Shown piece after piece: positions 63,906 to 64,000 of a DNA stretch of 64,000 bases. The translations under genes and the position numbers were made by a program. Below the pieces are notes generated by a model. It did no database searches. It was not told where the DNA came from and saw only the letters and a list, made by a program, of their open reading frames with translations. The stretch is taken from the NCBI GenBank assembly GCA_002633005.1, contig NMRA01000302.1, positions 319,760 through 383,759 on the forward strand, written 5' to 3'. The DNA comes from Phoronis australis. Taxonomy: Eukaryota; Animalia; Phoronida. Numbering within the stretch: the stretch's first letter is position 1; every line of letters begins with the position of its first letter.

Positions 63906-64000
63906 TCTGTGCAAAGGAAATGTTACTTCAACTGTGTCAGCACTGGAGTAAGCGCCACCAAAGGCGAATGCCACTCACTATATTATATGCTCGGTACAGC

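Overview
Eukaryotic (metazoan, most likely marine invertebrate) genomic DNA, repeat-rich, with no prokaryotic-style genes. Most ORFs in the supplied track are spurious or are exon fragments. The window is dominated by a head-to-tail segmental duplication (~230-25500 and ~28060-60300). Each copy carries an intact 9-exon minus-strand gene that the ORF track misses. Hand-spliced at GT-AG sites conserved in both copies, the genes encode 409-aa and 406-aa proteins with signal peptide - Sushi/CCP-like domain - atypical Ig-like domain - Pro/Lys-rich hypervariable hinge - second atypical Ig-like domain - probable GPI-anchor signal. They are ~76% identical outside the hinge by hand count. I do not recognise this family; it is a candidate cell-surface recognition (immune, allo- or gamete-recognition) gene cluster. 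Around and inside the genes are two Penelope-like retroelements (one with inverted pseudo-LTRs and hammerhead motifs, one with a 12-bp TSD and an empty paralogous site), a deleted Polinton/Maverick relic (integrase joined to major capsid), decayed L1/Tx1 and CR1/L2-type LINEs, a solo LTR, MITEs, hairpin-ended elements and minisatellites.
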